Below, piece by piece: positions 36,888 through 46,745 of a stretch of 64,000 bases of DNA. The stretch comes from Polyangiales bacterium. Lineage in GTDB: Bacteria > Myxococcota_A > Polyangia > Polyangiales > Houyiibacteriaceae. The position numbers and the translations under genes were made by a program. Numbering within the stretch: position 1 is the stretch's first letter; each line of letters opens with the position of its first letter. The stretch spans positions 17,624-81,623 of the forward strand of contig JBGCFM010000172.1 in assembly GCA_045106895.1 (NCBI GenBank). The letters are read 5' to 3'. Under the pieces are notes generated by a model, which saw nothing but the letters and a program-made list of their open reading frames with translations, searched no databases and had not been told where the DNA came from.

Positions 36888-38216
36888 TCAGCCCGTGGCG
36901 GAGTTCGGGTCACCGCGCGAGTCCCTAAGTACGGCGAAGAGATCATGAATATCAAAGGGTTTTGGCAGCCAAGCGTCAGGCGGACCTGCGAGCGTCCCTG
37001 GGTCGAGCTGTCCGCTCGTGACGACGGTTCGTTTGACCAAACCCCTGGCTCGAAGCTCCTGCAGGAGAACATCACCACGTCCGTCGGGGAGAGTGAGGTC
37101 CGCGAGAGCCACGTCGAAGGGTCCGGTGGCGTCCCTCGCTTCGATCATGTTGGTGACGGCGGTGACGTTGATACCTCGAAGCCCAAGGGTGGTTTCAATG
37201 AGCTCACGGACACCATCATCGTCTTCAACGACCAGCAAACGTTTGGGGAGGCGGCCAACAACCACTCCGCTGACGCGTTCCGCTTCTCCGCTTTCATCGA
37301 CGAGCACCGCCCGCGGCAGCGTCACTTCAAACTGTGAACCTTCACCAAGCGTGCTGTTCAGCTGAACGCCGCCGTTCACTTGCTCCAGAGTTCGCCACAC
37401 CGTCGCAAGACCAAGGCCGGTTCCGCCCGGGCGACGTGAGTAGCTCGAATCATAAATTTTGTTTTGCGCCTCGCGCGATATTCCCGGGCCCTCGTCGGAG
37501 ACCCGGATTCGCACGAACTCTTCCTCGCGCTCGCAGCGAATGCGCACGACGCCACCCTCAGGCTGGATTTGCACAGCATTGAGGGCAAGGTTCCAGACGA
37601 CGCGGAATACCGCCGCTCGGTGGGCAACGGTCCAGCCCAGCGTCGGTGTGTCCGTGTGAATTCGGACGTTGTGACGAAGCGCGATGGGATGGAGCAAACC
37701 GGCCACGTCACGGCACACAGCGGCGGCGTCGCAAGAGTCGTGATCGGTAGCGTGATGAAAGGACAGCACGTCGCGAGCGATTCGTTGCGCGGAGGCGGCA
37801 GCGCTCTCGACGGTCAGGAGCGCCTCGCGCATCTTGGATGTTTCGTCGAGCCCGAGCTGTGCCCAGCCACTGATGGCGCTCAGCGCGTTGGCGAGCTCAT
37901 GCGCCGCGCTGAGGGCCAGTTCTTCGGATTCACTCCGTTTTGGCGCTGGTTTGATGACGAGGATTCGGCAGTCCTCTTCGCACACGAAGTAGCCAGTTTC
38001 GCCGGAGGAGGCGACGACGGTCGAATGAGCGCTGCCCACGCCGGGGGCGGCCTGACCCAATATTGCGACCGTCGCGGCGTCGAAGGTAATCCCCAAAACA
38101 CTTCTCTGAAGGTCTTCGCTCGCCTGGAGGGGCTGTCCTTTCGAAGCGAAAACCCAGGACCAGCCGTTTTCGGCGGCCAGGAAGAGTATCGGGTTTGTTT
38201 TGGGAATTGTGGGCAT
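36888..38216 (-). CDS. Cytoplasmic hybrid histidine kinase / receiver
   Basis: AAHELANAL, NLALNA, DEGPGI and GTGLGL; receiver VVEDD...LADLTLPDG...KPF. No TM segment seen. Confidence 0.9.
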   Translation of the reverse strand: MPTIPKTNPILFLAAENGWSWVFASKGQPLQASEDLQRSVLGITFDAATVAILGQAAPGVGSAHSTVVASSGETGYFVCEEDCRILVIKPAPKRSESEELALSAAHELANALSAISGWAQLGLDETSKMREALLTVESAAASAQRIARDVLSFHHATDHDSCDAAAVCRDVAGLLHPIALRHNVRIHTDTPTLGWTVAHRAAVFRVVWNLALNAVQIQPEGGVVRIRCEREEEFVRIRVSDEGPGISREAQNKIYDSSYSRRPGGTGLGLATVWRTLEQVNGGVQLNSTLGEGSQFEVTLPRAVLVDESGEAERVSGVVVGRLPKRLLVVEDDDGVRELIETTLGLRGINVTAVTNMIEARDATGPFDVALADLTLPDGRGDVLLQELRARGLVKRTVVTSGQLDPGTLAGPPDAWLPKPFDIHDLFAVLRDSRGDPNSATG

Positions 38217-38325
38217 CGTCGTCGTATTGCCCCCGCTATAGTTACGTCCGGGGGCTGAGGTTTGTCAAACGGTTCTATCAAGTGATTTGTAGACCCCACT
38301 TGAAGGATGCAATGATTCCGGCAGG

Positions 38326-39369
38326 ATGTTGAGACTCATGATTCGCGCTAATCTAATGGTTTGCCTCGTTGTTCTCTTCTCAGCTTGCGCTCAAGGAGGG
38401 ACAGGACGAATGGACTCGGGGACACCCGCAGTGGATGTTCCGGAGGTCGACGCAGGAAATCCGTGTGTGCCTGCGTGCGAAGGGGGCGAAACCTGCGTGT
38501 CGGGTGAGTGCATGCCGATGTCGATGTGTGGCCTGGATGGGATGTGTCCCGTTGGACAGAGCTGCTGTCCCACGGGCTGCTCGGCGCTGCCCACGGACCC
38601 CGCCAATTGCGGCAGCTGCGGTCGTGACTGTGGCGATACCGGTGATGCCTGTGTGTCTGGGCAGTGTCGCTGTCATGGTGCGTCCAGCTGCATTGATGGC
38701 GACGCATGCTGCGATGATGGCTGCGCCAACTTGCTTGAATCACCGACCAACTGCGGAGCCTGTGGAATGGTGTGTGGGGATGGCCAAATTTGCGAAGGAG
38801 GATCTTGCGTGACTCCGCCCTGCGATCCTGCCTGCACCAACGATGAAGTCTGCGACGCCGAAACCAGCCTGTGCATGTGTGGCGGCGGGCCGGCGTGTGC
38901 GTCGGGTCAAGCATGTTGTGGCGCCGCGTGCATCGACACGCAGGTGGATCGCAACAACTGCGGTGCGTGCGGGATGGTGTGCACAGGAGCGCAGGTCTGC
39001 CTCGACGGAAGCTGCACCACGGATATTCCTTGTGACCCCACATGTGCGGCGGGAGAGACTTGCAATGCTGGCGTTTGCCAGTGCGGCGCTGGCGCCGCGT
39101 GTGGGCCTGGAAGCGCGTGCTGTGGCGGTTCCTGCGCGGCAACACAGACAGACAACCTGAACTGCGGGCGTTGTGGAAACTCCTGCGGCGCTGGTTCTTG
39201 TTGCGCCGGCTCCTGCGCGAGCACCTCTACGGATACGAATAACTGCGGAGGGTGTGGCCGTTCCTGCGGGGATGACGCGGACAGCTGCAACGGAGGCAGC
39301 TGCCAGTGTGGATCGGGCCCTTCGTGTCTCCTGGGACTACCTTGTATTTTGGGCGTCTGCATCATCTGA
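38326..39369 (+). CDS. Cysteine-rich lipoprotein with five NCGxCG (Stigma1-like) repeats
   Basis: Lipobox FSAC; DPANCGSCG, SPTNCGACG, DRNNCGACG, DNLNCGRCG and DTNNCGGCG. Confidence 0.85.
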   Translation: MLRLMIRANLMVCLVVLFSACAQGGTGRMDSGTPAVDVPEVDAGNPCVPACEGGETCVSGECMPMSMCGLDGMCPVGQSCCPTGCSALPTDPANCGSCGRDCGDTGDACVSGQCRCHGASSCIDGDACCDDGCANLLESPTNCGACGMVCGDGQICEGGSCVTPPCDPACTNDEVCDAETSLCMCGGGPACASGQACCGAACIDTQVDRNNCGACGMVCTGAQVCLDGSCTTDIPCDPTCAAGETCNAGVCQCGAGAACGPGSACCGGSCAATQTDNLNCGRCGNSCGAGSCCAGSCASTSTDTNNCGGCGRSCGDDADSCNGGSCQCGSGPSCLLGLPCILGVCII

Positions 39370-39408
39370 GCACAGGCCCGAATGCGCGGCGGCGGATGGA
39401 GGCAAGTC

Positions 39409-40878
39409 TCACTTGCCTTGCATGACTTGGTTTCGTCCAGCCGCCTTCGCTCGATACAGCGCCTCATCCGCGGAGCGCACCATGTTCTCAAGGTCAATGC
39501 CGATGCTGTATTGGGTGACGCCCGCGCTTAGAGTCACTTTCTCTGGGCCGTCGACGAATGGTCCGAGTGCCTCGACTGCCGCCCTAAATCGCTCAGCAAC
39601 AACTGTTGCCCCAGCGAGTTCGGTTTCTGGAAGTACCGCCAAGAACTCCTCGCCTCCCCAACGTCCGATGAGGTCGACCTCTCGCACGGCGGTTTCAAGG
39701 GCGCGGCTGACCGCACGCAGGACTTCGTCACCACGGTTGTGACCAAAGGTGTCGTTGACGGCTTTGAAGTGGTCGATGTCGCAGAGAATCACCGAAACCG
39801 GCGTGCCGTATCGTGCACCACGTGCGGTCTCTTCGCGCATTCGGTTTGTGATCGTACGGCGGTTCCGCAGGCCTGTCAGGCCATCGGTGGTCGCAAGGTG
39901 GCGAGTTTCCTCCACGAGGAGCATCGACTTGATCACCGGTCCAAGAGCGGCTGCGAGCCAGGATGCGGTGTCCTTGTCGTCCCGCCCGATTCCCCGGCGC
40001 CCTCCATAGAGCCTGAGCTGTCCGATGAGTTCACGGCCCGCGAGGATGGGCTCTGTTGCCACCTCTCCGGGTTCCGGCGAGCCGAGAGTCGATAGCTCCG
40101 AGCGACGAATATGAGAGGGGGGGGCGGTGGGCGCGAGGCCTAAGCTCAAGAGGTCGCGCCGGTCTGGTGTTTCTGGCCAAGCGCCACGACAGAGAAGTCC
40201 CGAGCTGTTTGTGGGTCTCCCTCCGTTTCCGTCGATGCGCAAGATGGCGTAGGGACACGCGAGAACGTCGTCGAACAAGCGCAGGGCGCCTTCCATCAAC
40301 GCGCTCCTGTCTTCGACATGAGTCATCAGCGAGCGCGCTTCGCGGTCGATGACGGCTTGGAGCAGGTGATCGTCAAGAACACGTGCAAGACGCTCAAGCG
40401 GGTCGACGTTGCGGCGAGGGCCGCGAACAGGTTTTGAGCCGGGCCTCGCGGCGAGGGCGCGGGAGACCGCTCCCGGGAGGGCTTCGGGTTCACGCTTTGA
40501 GACGTACGCATCGCATCCTGCGTGCGTTCCCCAAAACCGAGAGCGAGGACCGTCGTCGGCGGTCAGAAGAACGATGGGCAGGTTGGCCGTGCAAGGCTCG
40601 GCGCGGAGCATTCGGCACAGGTGCACTCCGCTGACGGCGCCCATCGTCACGTCGGACACGACGAGGTCGAATGGGTGGTCCATGCACAACGCGAAGGCTT
40701 CTTCGCCAGAGGCGGCGAGGGTGACGTCGTGACCCATGAGTGTCAGATGGGACTTGATGGCTCGGCGAGTGCTCGCGCTATCGTCCACGACCAAGACGCG
40801 CTGGCCCGACGGTAGCCTGCGCATTTTCTGAGTGTCCCGCAGAGCGGCGCTCTCAAGCTGATCTTGTGGAGATCCCAT
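39409..40878 (-). CDS. Response-regulator diguanylate cyclase (REC-GGDEF)
   Basis: VLVVDDS...VSD receiver; TDGLTGLRN, DIDHFKAVNDTFGH, RxxD I-site (REVD) and GGEEF. Start uncertain. Confidence 0.92.
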   Translation of the reverse strand: MGSPQDQLESAALRDTQKMRRLPSGQRVLVVDDSASTRRAIKSHLTLMGHDVTLAASGEEAFALCMDHPFDLVVSDVTMGAVSGVHLCRMLRAEPCTANLPIVLLTADDGPRSRFWGTHAGCDAYVSKREPEALPGAVSRALAARPGSKPVRGPRRNVDPLERLARVLDDHLLQAVIDREARSLMTHVEDRSALMEGALRLFDDVLACPYAILRIDGNGGRPTNSSGLLCRGAWPETPDRRDLLSLGLAPTAPPSHIRRSELSTLGSPEPGEVATEPILAGRELIGQLRLYGGRRGIGRDDKDTASWLAAALGPVIKSMLLVEETRHLATTDGLTGLRNRRTITNRMREETARGARYGTPVSVILCDIDHFKAVNDTFGHNRGDEVLRAVSRALETAVREVDLIGRWGGEEFLAVLPETELAGATVVAERFRAAVEALGPFVDGPEKVTLSAGVTQYSIGIDLENMVRSADEALYRAKAAGRNQVMQGK

Positions 40879-41069
40879 AGGTCGAACGAACGGCGTCAGA
40901 CGCCGCCCTTGTAGACTAGGAATGCAGATTTTTGGGTCACGCACCAGGGGTGCGCCGAAAAACAGGCCTGTTTTCTCGATTATTGCGAGTTCTGGCGGCG
41001 GCTCGGGTCGGCAGAGGCGCGATCCGGCCTCTTGGCGTGGGAGGCTCGGGCGTCCATGCTGCGCGACAA

Positions 41070-42185
41070 ATGACCTTTCACGTCTCCGCGCCCCCATCCT
41101 TATCCCGGCCGCCCCTTACCGGCGCAGACTGCGCTTTCTTCGCCGTAGAATATGAGCCTGCCACGGGCGAAGTTCTCATGCTGGACCAGCGACGCTTGCC
41201 AGGAGAAGTGCTTTATCATCGACTCAAGACCCCTGATGAGGTCGCGGATGGAATCCGAGACATGGTGGTTCGCGGCGCGCCGGCCATCGGCATCAGCGCC
41301 GGCTACGCTCTCGCGATGGTCGCTCGTGCAGAAGAGGGCGACGCGGCGAGTTTCTTGATGGCCATCGGAGGTGCGAGTCGAGTCCTCGGCGCCACACGAC
41401 CGACCGCCATCAACTTGGCCTGGGCCATCGCGCGTATCAGTCGGCGCGCGGCGGATGTTGCCCGGCTTGATCCGAAAACGCGCGCGGCGGAGATCGAACG
41501 CGAGGCGGATCTGATTCACTCCGAAGACGTGGCCTCGTGCGAAAAAATGGGACAGGCGGGGGCCGTGGACGTTCCTGAGGGGGCGACGATTCTCACGCAC
41601 TGCAACGCGGGAGCTTTGGCGACGGGCGGGTACGGAACAGCCCTCGGCGTTATTCGTGCCGCGCACGCAAAGCAAGTCGCCGCAGGCGGGAAGGGCGTTC
41701 GTGTACTTGCCGATGAGACACGTCCGTACCTTCAGGGCGCGCGACTTACGAGCTGGGAGCTTCATGCGGATGGTATTCCGGTAGAAGTGATCACCGACGG
41801 TATGCCGGGTCACTTCTTCCAGCGCGGCGAAATCGATTTCGTGGTGGTCGGCTCGGACCGAATCGCCGCGAACGGCGATGTCGCGAATAAGATTGGAACC
41901 TACGGTCTCGCGGTGCTCGCGGAAGCCCACGACGTCCCATTTACTGTGGCGGCGCCTTGGAGCACCGTCGATATGGCGACGGCGACGGGCGAGGGAATCC
42001 CCATCGAAGAACGTTCCCGCGAAGAGGTCGCGACCATCGGGGAGCGAACTATGGTCGCTGAGGGGATCCCCTGTCGGCACCCTGCCTTCGATGTGACGCC
42101 AGCCCGTTTGGTGCGCGCGGTCTATACTGAACGCGGCACGTTTCGGCCCGCGCAGGGTGGAGTCCCGGCGGATCTGAACTCGTGA
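41070..42185 (+). CDS. mtnA: S-methyl-5-thioribose-1-phosphate isomerase
   Basis: [45 protein letters not shown] and NKIGTY motifs. Confidence 0.95.
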   Translation: MTFHVSAPPSLSRPPLTGADCAFFAVEYEPATGEVLMLDQRRLPGEVLYHRLKTPDEVADGIRDMVVRGAPAIGISAGYALAMVARAEEGDAASFLMAIGGASRVLGATRPTAINLAWAIARISRRAADVARLDPKTRAAEIEREADLIHSEDVASCEKMGQAGAVDVPEGATILTHCNAGALATGGYGTALGVIRAAHAKQVAAGGKGVRVLADETRPYLQGARLTSWELHADGIPVEVITDGMPGHFFQRGEIDFVVVGSDRIAANGDVANKIGTYGLAVLAEAHDVPFTVAAPWSTVDMATATGEGIPIEERSREEVATIGERTMVAEGIPCRHPAFDVTPARLVRAVYTERGTFRPAQGGVPADLNS

Positions 42186-43459
42186 GGTGTGGGCTGCTTT
42201 TCTGTGTGGCGCTCTTAGCGGCATGCGAAGACGAACCCTCGGTCGAAGAAGCACCCACGCCAGCAGCGCCGTCTGTGGCCATCGCGCCTGAGGAACCGGC
42301 CACCGCGCCTGAGGAACCGGCCACCGTGGAGGCGGAACCGGGGGCGGAAGTCGAGTTGCCGATGCTCGCGCTAGACACGCACGTCGACACACCACAGCGA
42401 ATGCTTGACGACGGTGATGATCCCATCGAGCGACTTACCGGCGGCCACCTGGATATTCCACGGATGCGCGAAGGCGGCCTCACGGGCGCGTTCTTTAGCG
42501 TGTACGTTTCGCCACGAAAGTTCGAAGGGGAAGCCGCGTGGGAAAGGGCGCTGGCTCTCACGCGCGCCATTCGCGAGTTCACGGAGCGCCACCCCGACGA
42601 GACGATTCTGTGCCTGTCTGGAGACGACGTGCGTCGGGCACAACGCGAAGGAAAAATCGCTGTCCTCATGGGCGTTGAAGGCGCGCAAGCGCTGGGGACG
42701 GACCAGCCCCGACTTGCGCTCTCTCGAATTCGTGAGCTGTACGACCTTGGCAATCGCTACATGACGATCACTTGGTCGGTGGACAACCCACTCGGGCACT
42801 CCTCGCTGGGAGAGAACCCCGAAGGGGGTCTGACGCCTCTTGGTCGGCGCGCGGTTCGACTGATGAACAGGCTTGGGATGATCGTCGACATCAGCCATGT
42901 CAGCGATCAGACGTTCTGGGACACCATGGACGTCGCGACGAAACCAGTGCTCGCGAGTCACTCATCGGCGCGTGCTCTAGCGGATATTCCCCGCAACATG
43001 AGTGACGCCATGATCCGCCGCGTTGGCGCTCAAGGCGGCGCGGTGTGTTTGAACTTCTTTACCCAGTTCATCGACCGTGAGTATCGACTACGCCGCCGCC
43101 GCCTCGAATGGCGAAACCGCGATGCCTTTGGTGCTCTAGGCGAGTTCGAGAGCTGGGTTGAGCGCGGTCGCGCTGAGTTTGCGTTGGCCCGGGAACTGGA
43201 CGACGAACTGAATGCGCCGACTCTCGGAACGCTCGCCGACCACATTGAGCATGTTGTGGAAATTGCTGGCCACGGCGCGGCCTGCCTCGGCTCGGACTAC
43301 GACGGCGTTCCTGAGCTTCCGGTGGGCATGGAGGATGTCAGCGACCTTCCTGCTCTGCGAAGTGTGTTGGAAGAAAGAGGGCTGCCCGTAGCGGAGGTTT
43401 TCGGTTTGAATGTACTGCGCGTCCTCGACGCAAATACGCCCGATCCAGCCGATGAATAG
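42182..43459 (+). CDS. Membrane dipeptidase (peptidase M19) lipoprotein
   Basis: Lipobox LAAC; DTHVD, GVEG, DISH, ASHS, RNMSD and GSDYDG motifs. Confidence 0.9.
   Translation: MRCGLLFCVALLAACEDEPSVEEAPTPAAPSVAIAPEEPATAPEEPATVEAEPGAEVELPMLALDTHVDTPQRMLDDGDDPIERLTGGHLDIPRMREGGLTGAFFSVYVSPRKFEGEAAWERALALTRAIREFTERHPDETILCLSGDDVRRAQREGKIAVLMGVEGAQALGTDQPRLALSRIRELYDLGNRYMTITWSVDNPLGHSSLGENPEGGLTPLGRRAVRLMNRLGMIVDISHVSDQTFWDTMDVATKPVLASHSSARALADIPRNMSDAMIRRVGAQGGAVCLNFFTQFIDREYRLRRRRLEWRNRDAFGALGEFESWVERGRAEFALARELDDELNAPTLGTLADHIEHVVEIAGHGAACLGSDYDGVPELPVGMEDVSDLPALRSVLEERGLPVAEVFGLNVLRVLDANTPDPADE
42277..42326 (+). repeat. 21-bp coding tandem repeat (about 2.4 copies; APEEPAT linker)
   Basis: CGCGCCTGAGGAACCGGCCAC occurs twice at 42283-42324, with matching flanks. 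Confidence 0.85.
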
Positions 43460-43525
43460 GACAATTGCTCAGCACAGGAGACGCCGTCCGTGGCACAGTC
43501 CGAGCGTGGGGGATGCCCTGGGCTC

Positions 43526-44713
43526 ATGAGCGCAACGAAACCAATTGTCATAGGGCGTTCCCGCCAGAGTGATCTTCGCATCGATGATCCCACGGTGTCG
43601 TCGAGTCACGCGCGGCTCAGTTGGAGTGGCCTCGAAATCATCGTCGAGGACCTCGGGAGCGCAAACGGCACCTTTGTCGATGAGCGCCGGATCGAGAAGG
43701 TCTCGGTTCGCCCCGGTGCGACGATTCGCCTTGGCGAAGCAGAGTTGCCTTGGAGCGCGCCGGCGCTTCGAAAGTTCTTGCGCCAGGGCGCGACGGGCAC
43801 GCTGGTCGCGAAGGCTATCCCCGGAAAACGTTTCGTCTGCGGGCAATGCAACACCCGGGGGGTCATGCCTCCCGGTTTTCAAGGGGGGCTCCTGCGGTGC
43901 GGCGCGTGCGGCGAAAAGCTCGTTGCCGGAAAGCCCAAGCCGAAGCGGTCATGGCTTGGGACCGCGGTGCTTCTCCTTCTTGTGTCCGGGGGCGTCGCGG
44001 CCTTCTGGTACGTCATGGAGACACGCGGGGATGAACTGCGAGAAGCCGCGGGCCGCTTGCGCATTCCGGAGATGCCAGGTCAGTCGTCGAGCACAGAAGA
44101 GGCGTCGATACGCGCTCACTCTCGGGCTGAGGTCGTCGCCGCCATCGACTCGCATGATCCGATCACCCGAAACTACGCCGCTCGGGTTGCTTCCGACACG
44201 GACGGCCCATTTAGCGTCGAGCAAGTTGCCCGCATCTGGAGTCACGTTCGCGGCAAATGGCGATACGTCAACGACCCACGCGGCAGCGAGTATTTTGCGA
44301 GCGCCGCAGAGACCATCGAGAACGAGTTTATCGGTGACTGTGATGACTTCGCCATCGTCGTGGCGTCGATGGTGGAGGCCATCGGCGGCGAAGCGCGCAT
44401 TGTTATGATGGGCAGCCTCGAGGGCGGGCACGCCTACCCTGAAGTGTGCCTGCCGATGGAGGCGGAAGAAGGAAGGACTCGCCTGACTCGACATTACCAA
44501 CGAGTTCGTGACCCGAACCTTGGGCGTCAGAGGGTCCGGGAGTTCAACTACCGACACGACGAGACCTGCCCAGTCTGGCTAAACCTGGATTGGAACGCTG
44601 GGGTTCCAGGGGGGCCCTACGAGAGCGAACAGTGGGCCGTGGCTATCTATCCGGATGGCCGAACGCAGACCCTCGCGCCGGCCGGCGCTCCCCCCGCTGC
44701 CCCCGCAGAGTAG
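43526..44713 (+). CDS. FHA + zinc ribbon + TM + transglutaminase-like Cys protease
   Basis: FHA (IGR, VSSSHA, DLGSANGT); CGQC...CGAC; TM WLGTAVLLLLVSGGVAAFWYV; GDCDDFA, HAYPEV and LD triad motifs. Confidence 0.85.
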   Translation: MSATKPIVIGRSRQSDLRIDDPTVSSSHARLSWSGLEIIVEDLGSANGTFVDERRIEKVSVRPGATIRLGEAELPWSAPALRKFLRQGATGTLVAKAIPGKRFVCGQCNTRGVMPPGFQGGLLRCGACGEKLVAGKPKPKRSWLGTAVLLLLVSGGVAAFWYVMETRGDELREAAGRLRIPEMPGQSSSTEEASIRAHSRAEVVAAIDSHDPITRNYAARVASDTDGPFSVEQVARIWSHVRGKWRYVNDPRGSEYFASAAETIENEFIGDCDDFAIVVASMVEAIGGEARIVMMGSLEGGHAYPEVCLPMEAEEGRTRLTRHYQRVRDPNLGRQRVREFNYRHDETCPVWLNLDWNAGVPGGPYESEQWAVAIYPDGRTQTLAPAGAPPAAPAE

Positions 44714-44760
44714 CGAGGTTTTAGCTTTGCCTGGGCGAAGGGCCCCGGCATGATGCGCCC

Positions 44761-45222
44761 ATGGCACGCGACTTACTCGACCGCCTCTACGAAAGAATGG
44801 AAGAAGATGTGGACGGCCTGGCACGTCTGCCCGAAGGCCTGCGCGCCGTGGTGGATGCTCGCTACGATGAGGTCACCGTGAGCATCGACCACGACCCCGT
44901 CGCCGAGATGATCCGGGTCAGCGTCGCCGTCACCGCCCCTGCAGGTTCCGGTCGCTCGTTCTTGGTCTGGTGTCTCGCCGCGAACGCGATGTACTGGGAC
45001 GTGAAGCTTGGACTCGATGGTGGAGGCCGGCTCCTCGTTCACTCCGACCTCGACGCACACCGAGGCCTGGATATCGACGAGCTCTGCGCTTCGGTACTCG
45101 AGCGCGCAGACACCGTCGTGGACCTCCTCGACGATGACTTCGTCGAATGGATGCTGGAGCACCGCCTAGGAACTCCGTCACAACATGAGCGTTGGCTATC
45201 GCGTCCCACGGACGACGATTGA
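44761..45222 (+). CDS. Hypothetical acidic protein (YbjN / T3S-chaperone-like fold, tentative)
   Basis: 153 aa, acidic; LxxN...KLGLDGGGRLLV pattern. Confidence 0.6.
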   Translation: MARDLLDRLYERMEEDVDGLARLPEGLRAVVDARYDEVTVSIDHDPVAEMIRVSVAVTAPAGSGRSFLVWCLAANAMYWDVKLGLDGGGRLLVHSDLDAHRGLDIDELCASVLERADTVVDLLDDDFVEWMLEHRLGTPSQHERWLSRPTDDD

Positions 45223-45238
45223 CGCGAGGGAGCAACCG

Positions 45239-45763
45239 ATGACGCATCGAATCGCTATGGTGTCCACGGGTGGGACGATCGAAAAGACCTACGACGAGTT
45301 CGACGGGATGCTCGTCAACGCGCTGTCCAACCTCGACTTTATTCTGGCCCAGCTTGTCTTGACCGGCGTGGAGATCGTTCGTGTGCCGTTGATGAACAAA
45401 GACAGCACGGAGATGAGCGACGCGGACCATGAGCTGATCGCGAAGACTGTGGAGCTGTACACGGCGCAGCACGATGGAGTTGTCGTCGTTCATGGCACCG
45501 ACCGACTCGCCGACACCGGCGAGCGCATCGAGCAGCGGCTCGGAGTGCCGCGGGTGCCGGTCGTCCTCACCGGCGCGATGAGGCCGTTTCAGCTTCGGAA
45601 TACAGATGCCATTCAAAACGTTACGGAGGCATTGCTGGCTGTACAGATCGCGCCGCCGGGCGTCTACGTCGCGATGCACAATCGGCTGCTTCCGTTTCCT
45701 GGGGCGGTGAAAGACCGTCGAAATGGAACGTTTGTGATGGCTTCGGAGTTGGAACAGGCATGA
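45239..45763 (+). CDS. Short asparaginase (N-terminal catalytic domain only)
   Basis: STGGTIEK, KDS, HGTD and VVLTGAMRP motifs. Confidence 0.88.
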   Translation: MTHRIAMVSTGGTIEKTYDEFDGMLVNALSNLDFILAQLVLTGVEIVRVPLMNKDSTEMSDADHELIAKTVELYTAQHDGVVVVHGTDRLADTGERIEQRLGVPRVPVVLTGAMRPFQLRNTDAIQNVTEALLAVQIAPPGVYVAMHNRLLPFPGAVKDRRNGTFVMASELEQA

Positions 45764-45833
45764 ACGCCCTTACGCCACCCGGTATTGCAGGGACCCAGAT
45801 GAGCCTTAGGTTCCCCTGCATGGGTGGGCTTCA

Positions 45834-46745
45834 ATGAGCGATTTCAATTTCCGAGAATACGTCGAATCACGCGCCGAGGGACGAATTGGAGGGACCGAAG
45901 AGTCGCGCCGCTACGCCTACAAGGGCGACCTGGCGATGTTGCGGACGTTCAAGAAGCTTCGCTACGTGGAGCTCGTCGTCGCGGCGGTCGTACGCTCGCA
46001 GAAGTCCATCGTGACGCATGGGTTCATGGGTCGTTCGGTGCGTGTGTCACCGCGTCAGGTGCCGCGAATCTACAACATCGCCAAAGACTGCGCCGAGCGC
46101 CTCGATGTTCCGGTGCCAACTATCTACATCGCGAACCACCCACAGATGAACGCCTACACGTTTGGGACGGATGAAGACTCATTCATCGTCGTCCACTCGA
46201 AACTCGTGGACGACTTCAGCGATGACGAGCTTCGGTTCGTGATCGGCCATGAGATGGGGCACATCCAGAATAAGCACGTCGTCTACGGGACAGCGCTGCA
46301 GCTGTTGAAATCGAACGCGACTCTGTTCTTGCGTTGGCTTGTGCCACCCGCGGAGGTCGCGCTCGCGACTTGGGCTCGCCGCGCGGAGGTCACTTGCGAC
46401 CGCGCGGGGCTCCTTTGCGCGGGTGAGCTGGCCGTAGCCGAGCGCGCGTTTCTCAAGATGGCTTGTGGCTCCTCAAAGCTCTACGAAGAGCTGGATATCG
46501 AGGCGTTTCTTGAGCAGCTTGAGGCCGGGCAGTCCAAGCTCGGGCGCCTGACGGAGATGACGGCGACGCACCCGTACCTCCCGAAACGCATTCGTTCTCT
46601 TCAGCTTTTTGCGGAGAGTCAGATGTATCGAAGCGCGACCGGCCTCGGAGACGATGGCTTGGCACTTCAAGAGGTCGATGAACGCGTCGACGAGATAATC
46701 AGAATCATTGGCTCGAAGAAGACGAGCGCAGAGGGAGAAGCATGA
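45834..46745 (+). CDS. M48 family zinc metallopeptidase
   Basis: NAYTFG, ELRFVIGHEMGH, AEVTCDRAG and THP motifs. Confidence 0.9.
   Translation: MSDFNFREYVESRAEGRIGGTEESRRYAYKGDLAMLRTFKKLRYVELVVAAVVRSQKSIVTHGFMGRSVRVSPRQVPRIYNIAKDCAERLDVPVPTIYIANHPQMNAYTFGTDEDSFIVVHSKLVDDFSDDELRFVIGHEMGHIQNKHVVYGTALQLLKSNATLFLRWLVPPAEVALATWARRAEVTCDRAGLLCAGELAVAERAFLKMACGSSKLYEELDIEAFLEQLEAGQSKLGRLTEMTATHPYLPKRIRSLQLFAESQMYRSATGLGDDGLALQEVDERVDEIIRIIGSKKTSAEGEA

Noticed and set aside
42277..42326. 21-bp repeat as a possible CRISPR or mobile-element remnant
   Set aside because: No spacers; in frame, encoding a Pro/Ala/Glu linker of a lipoprotein.
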